Positions 60,050-64,000 of a DNA stretch of 64,000 bases are shown here, in pieces (the first letter of the stretch is position 1; every line of letters starts with the position of its first letter). The notes below the pieces were generated by a model that saw only the letters and a program-made list of their open reading frames with translations, was not told the DNA's origin and searched no databases. Both the position numbers and the translations under genes were made by a program. The stretch covers positions 416,001-480,000 of the forward strand of contig CAVYQE010000001.1 of NCBI GenBank assembly GCA_963770565.1, read 5' to 3'. The DNA comes from an uncultured Actinomycetota bacterium. Lineage in GTDB: Bacteria; Actinomycetota; Actinomycetes; JAFAQI01.

Positions 60050-61345
60050 ATGTTCAAAAGGGCCAAAACCGCCCTGGCGATCGGCGCCGTGGGATCGACC
60101 GCCGCGCTGCTCGTTACGATGCAGCCGGCGTTCGCTGACCCCCAGGCGCGGCCAGGTGACGCGGTCGTTGTGGGTTCTGACACTGTGCAGAACGCTGCCG
60201 ACTTCCTGTTCAGCGGCGATGTCAGTGGCGACCCGGCATACAACACCGGCAAGACCAACGAGATCTACAACATCACCGCGACCGGCGACAACAACGGCCG
60301 AGCTCTCTATGACCCCAATGGCAACCTGCTGTACGGCGTCGGCACCACCTCAGTCGTGATGCGGGCCGGCACCAAGCCGGTCGAGCGGGTCGATGGCTCA
60401 GGGGCTGGCATCACCGCCTTGACCGCCGACTCCCTTGGCGGCGCGGGCTACAACGGGCTGGTTAACGGATCGTTCACCTTCTCGCGCTCCTCGCGGCTGC
60501 CAAAGGCTGCGGAGCAGTCGGCGTGTGCAGCAATCGCGGGCTGCGGCGGGCTGCACGTCTTCCAGCTCGCCACGGACAACCTCGAAATGGCGGTCAGCAG
60601 CGTCTCCACGAACGCGTTCCCGATGTCGACCACGCAGCTGGCGTATGTCTACAGCCACTGTGACGGCTCTCAGGGCGTCGAGTTTTCCGAGGTCCCCAAT
60701 GCTCCTGGTGGGGCTTCGAACAACCACATCATCCCAACAATCCCGCAGGCCGGCTCGGGCACGCGCGGCTCGTTCGAGTCCGACATCGGGGTTTCGGACG
60801 CCACGATCACGTCAACCCCCTGCCTTCGGATCAGCGAAGAGCACGACCCGACCGGCGTTACCCTCGCGACGCAACCGGGATCTAGCACGCTCGACCCGGC
60901 GGACGCGATCGAGCCGTTCTCAGTGGGCAAGATCAAGCTCATCCAGAGCGGGTACTACGGCAACAGCGGTCAGCCGGCGTCGAACTTCCAGATCACGCTG
61001 ATGACGGGTTGCACAACCGGCGACCAGACACCGAACTGCCCGACGGCCCACCAGATCCTGGCCAGCGACGGCAATCCGGTGTACGACAACACCCGAGGCA
61101 TGTACCTGCTGGCGCGTGACTTCGACCTCAACCTGACGCCTGGTGTGGGCGTATGCGCCTCAGGTGGAGCCGATGCAAGCTACGGCCAGTGCAAGCCGTC
61201 GCAGCCCGGTGGCACCAAGAACTGGGTGAACGATGTGTTGAAGGGCGCGACGTCCTGGATTGCTCGGGCGGCAAACGCCCCGGACATTGCAGCGGCCGGC
61301 TTCACCGCGAACTACGCGGACCTCGGCGACGCCTCGTCCGGCTGA
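60050..61345 (+). CDS. Secreted PstS-like (PBP2-fold) protein without anchor
   Basis: Signal peptide AFA-DP, VGSDT, GSGAG, SRSSR, PQAGSGTR, EEHD; GAGGAGG RBS. Confidence 0.75.
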   Translation: MFKRAKTALAIGAVGSTAALLVTMQPAFADPQARPGDAVVVGSDTVQNAADFLFSGDVSGDPAYNTGKTNEIYNITATGDNNGRALYDPNGNLLYGVGTTSVVMRAGTKPVERVDGSGAGITALTADSLGGAGYNGLVNGSFTFSRSSRLPKAAEQSACAAIAGCGGLHVFQLATDNLEMAVSSVSTNAFPMSTTQLAYVYSHCDGSQGVEFSEVPNAPGGASNNHIIPTIPQAGSGTRGSFESDIGVSDATITSTPCLRISEEHDPTGVTLATQPGSSTLDPADAIEPFSVGKIKLIQSGYYGNSGQPASNFQITLMTGCTTGDQTPNCPTAHQILASDGNPVYDNTRGMYLLARDFDLNLTPGVGVCASGGADASYGQCKPSQPGGTKNWVNDVLKGATSWIARAANAPDIAAAGFTANYADLGDASSG

Positions 61346-61375
61346 TCGGATTCTTCGCAATCTCGTGAGGTAATG

Positions 61376-61419
61376 CCTCTCCCCGGTGCCACGGCTTGGC
61401 AGCGGGCACCGGGGAGAGG
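61376..61419 (+). terminator. Stem-loop after the PstS-like gene
   Basis: CCTCTCCCCGGTGCC...GGCACCGGGGAGAGG 15-bp stem. Confidence 0.7.
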
Positions 61420-61518
61420 ACTTCGAAGGGGACCGGACCAGGGCCCAGCCCCTCGTCCATCATGCGCCCTTTCGGATTGATCGTCCAAGTCGAATCGACT
61501 CAAACAGGGAGACAATCC

Positions 61519-63378
61519 GTGAGAATCAGTCTTAAGCGTGCGTCCACCGGGGTGGGAGCCCTGGCGCTCGCGGCCGGCCTTGTGCTTGCCTCGAGCGGGG
61601 TGGCGTCCGCATCCACCAACGTCGGGTGGGAGCCCGACCCGAACGCGATCGGCACGATCACGCTGCTCGACTCGAACGGCGTGCCGATCACGGGCGGCAG
61701 TCTCGACTCGCACCCGTTTGCGGCGTACGCAGTCGCCTCGCACCAGGGACGTAGCGGGATCGACAGCAAGGGCCAACTCTACGCATACACCCCACAGGTC
61801 GGCACCAACCCGCAGACCTGGAGCGGCGACCTGCTCAGCGCCGGCACCTATAGCCCCGCGCCCGCAGGGACCCCGGCGGACGTGTCGAGTACGGGTCTTC
61901 CATTCGTCACCGGTGGATCCGCCGACTTCTCCTTCAACGACTACATCAGTGAGTACCCGAACACGCTGTCGACGACCGGCTACGTGAACCTCTACCAGTT
62001 GAGGTTCTACACCGCCGGCTCGCAGGCGCCGGACACCACCGCGTACGACGTCGTGGACATCCAGGTCAACACCTCTGCGGACACCTGGCAGGTCGTCTAC
62101 CCGGGTGCGGCGAACGGCAACTACCCGGACGCCACGGATGCCACCACGACGACGCTTACCACTACGCCGAGCAGCCCGGACACGTCCAGCAACAACCCGG
62201 AGACGGTAACCCTGCACGCGTCCGTCAGTGCCGCCACGGCGGTTCCGTCCGGCTACACCGGCGGGATCGGCACGGTGTCGTTCTTCGACGGGACCACGCC
62301 GGTCGGCTCACCGCAACTGGTCAGCGGAACTGGCCCTTACACGGCCAGCGTCACCGACTCAGTGCCCAACCCGTCGTCGCACACGTTCACGGCGAAGTTC
62401 GCTCCGTATGTCGGCACCGGCCTGGCCGCCTCACAAGGGTCAGCACCGTTCCAGGTCGGCGCTCCGGTTCCTGGCACCACCACGGCTCTCTCGGTGACCC
62501 CGGGTCAGTTTGCGGGTGACCAGAACAGCTACACCGCCACGGTTACGTACCCGGCGGGGACGAACTGCACCGGTACCGTCAACTTCTTCGACGGCACGAC
62601 ACTTGTTGCAGGGCCGATCAGCCCGAAGCCGGGTACTCCGAACGAGTTCGACGCGACGAACACCTTCAACGCGCCGGACTCGCACTCAATTACTGCGGCG
62701 TTCACCCCGGCCGACCCGTCCGTTTGCGGTGGGTCGACCTCGTCGCCGTCGACGTTCTCGCAGGGCGCAAACCCGAACGGTCCTTGTGCGACGTCGAACG
62801 GCGGTCAGTGCACCGATGTCCAGACGATCACGACCACGGTGCCCCAGGGCATCTTGGTCATCTCCACGCCCTACACGGCCAGCAACCCGCTGAACCTGGG
62901 GACGATGTCACTGGACAGCACCGGCACGATGTTCACTGCGCACGCTACGTTCGGCGCGAGCTCGACGGACGCGACGCAGGACATCTACGTCACCGACACC
63001 CGTTCGGGTGACCTCCCGTGGACGGCTCAGGCGCAGGCCTCGAACCTGTCCGACGGTGGGTCGAACGTCAGCTCGCAGATCAGCGGCGAGAACGTCGGGC
63101 TGTCCGGTCTCACGGAGGTTCCGGTCACGGGTAACGGGTTCGACGGTACGGCGACGAACTTCACCACCTACAACAACTTCGCCGCCAGCCCGGCCGTTGC
63201 TCCGACCGACACAGGTACCGCCGGTCTCGGGAACGCTGCGCATGACATCGCTCAGGCGCAGCACGGTACTGGTTCGATCGGTCTCACCGGGACGCTCACT
63301 GTGAACGCCCCGAGCTCCACCGAGCCCGGTACGTTCACCGGCACGGTTACCTTCACGCTGGTCGGCAGCCTGGTTTAG
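61519..63378 (+). CDS. Secreted protein: WEPDPNA domain, two Big_3-like Ig domains, C-terminal WxL-like domain
   Basis: TTTTL...GTVSFFDGTT...HTFTAKF repeats; VTDTRSGDLPWT, ENVGLS, PSSTEPGTFTGTVTFTL. Confidence 0.78.
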   Translation: MRISLKRASTGVGALALAAGLVLASSGVASASTNVGWEPDPNAIGTITLLDSNGVPITGGSLDSHPFAAYAVASHQGRSGIDSKGQLYAYTPQVGTNPQTWSGDLLSAGTYSPAPAGTPADVSSTGLPFVTGGSADFSFNDYISEYPNTLSTTGYVNLYQLRFYTAGSQAPDTTAYDVVDIQVNTSADTWQVVYPGAANGNYPDATDATTTTLTTTPSSPDTSSNNPETVTLHASVSAATAVPSGYTGGIGTVSFFDGTTPVGSPQLVSGTGPYTASVTDSVPNPSSHTFTAKFAPYVGTGLAASQGSAPFQVGAPVPGTTTALSVTPGQFAGDQNSYTATVTYPAGTNCTGTVNFFDGTTLVAGPISPKPGTPNEFDATNTFNAPDSHSITAAFTPADPSVCGGSTSSPSTFSQGANPNGPCATSNGGQCTDVQTITTTVPQGILVISTPYTASNPLNLGTMSLDSTGTMFTAHATFGASSTDATQDIYVTDTRSGDLPWTAQAQASNLSDGGSNVSSQISGENVGLSGLTEVPVTGNGFDGTATNFTTYNNFAASPAVAPTDTGTAGLGNAAHDIAQAQHGTGSIGLTGTLTVNAPSSTEPGTFTGTVTFTLVGSLV

Positions 63379-63412
63379 GCCAGCGCGCTGACAAGCGTCG
63401 GCACAGCAGAAG

Positions 63413-63450
63413 GGTCGGGGCGGGCCGAAGCGGCCCGCCCCGACCTCTTT
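63413..63450 (+). terminator. Intrinsic terminator
   Basis: GGTCGGGGCGGGCCG-AAG-CGGCCCGCCCCGACC followed by TCTTT. Confidence 0.8.
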
Positions 63451-63457
63451 ACTCTCT

Positions 63458-63490
63458 GTTCATCCCTGGATCGATGGGCGTTCATGCATT
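63458..63490 (+). promoter_or_regulatory. PHO-box-like 11-nt repeats
   Basis: GTTCATCCCTG GATCGATGGGC GTTCATGCATT. Confidence 0.55.
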
Positions 63491-64000
63491 CACGGTTACC
63501 TCTTGATGTGACTCGCACGGCCGGTCGTCTGCGCGCCGCGCTGCGGGCGGCAGTCTTCGGGCTTGCTGTCGCAGTCGCGACCCTCGTGGTCAACGCCGGC
63601 GGTTCGTCGGCAAGAGCGAAGCCGACGAGCGTCGCCTTTCGCCTGGTCGAGAAGAGCGGTAGCGGGTCATCCCAGAAGGCGGCAGCGAAGAACAAGGCAA
63701 CCTGGGGGATCGGTCCTGCGTCGCGCAAGAAGATCGACGGTCGGCCGGACTACAAATGGTTCGTCTCACCCGGCGCAGTCCTGCACGACCATGTCGCGAT
63801 CGAAAATCTCAGCAAGCGCTCACTCAAGTTGTTCGTGTATGCGCGGGACGCCACCAATGCTCCCAACGGCCAGCTCGCCCTCCAGCCCAGGCAGGCTGCG
63901 CCGCAGGGAATTGGCGCCTGGGTGACGATCGACCTTCCGCAGCACCGAGATTGGGTGATCGTCGGAGCCCGGTCGACGCTGATTCTGCCCTTTACTCTGC
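63484..64000 (+). CDS. DUF916-like (WxL-interacting) protein, 3'-truncated by window edge; not in the ORF track
   Basis: Hand translation: signal peptide, then TWGIGPA...DGRPDY...PGAVLHDHVAIENLS...LFVYARDA...IGAWVTI...LPFTL. Confidence 0.75.
   Translation, partial: MHSRLPLDVTRTAGRLRAALRAAVFGLAVAVATLVVNAGGSSARAKPTSVAFRLVEKSGSGSSQKAAAKNKATWGIGPASRKKIDGRPDYKWFVSPGAVLHDHVAIENLSKRSLKLFVYARDATNAPNGQLALQPRQAAPQGIGAWVTIDLPQHRDWVIVGARSTLILPFTL

Overview
High-GC Actinomycetota chromosomal window in four parts. (1) 1-3452 is the right end of an element integrated at tRNA-Lys(UUU). It carries a ParB-like gene and a Zn-ribbon/PD-(D/E)xK nuclease-like gene. (2) 3453-20720 is a second, tandem, apparently integrase-less island of about 17.3 kb. 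It is bounded by two different tRNA-Lys 3' fragments and by identical 22-bp arm-type repeats. Its cargo is an ABC transporter, NhaP and CLC transporters, and a pyruvate-oxidase/GMC/enolase/SDR/GH15 operon. (3) 20.8-48.3 kb holds ordinary accessory and housekeeping genes with several readable operators, REP-like palindromes and two probable single-base frameshifts. (4) 48.4-64 kb is the most interesting part: a phosphate locus (ppk2, pstB, pstC, pstA) merged with a cell-surface cluster. That cluster has three PstS-fold proteins (none a lipoprotein), a sortase-fold protein with no cysteine, two secreted proteins sharing an unnamed ~165-aa domain (one ending in a WxL-like domain), and a DUF916-like partner that runs off the window end. 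PHO-box-like 11-nt repeats lie upstream of the transcription units. All family calls come from motif recognition by eye; no database search was run.
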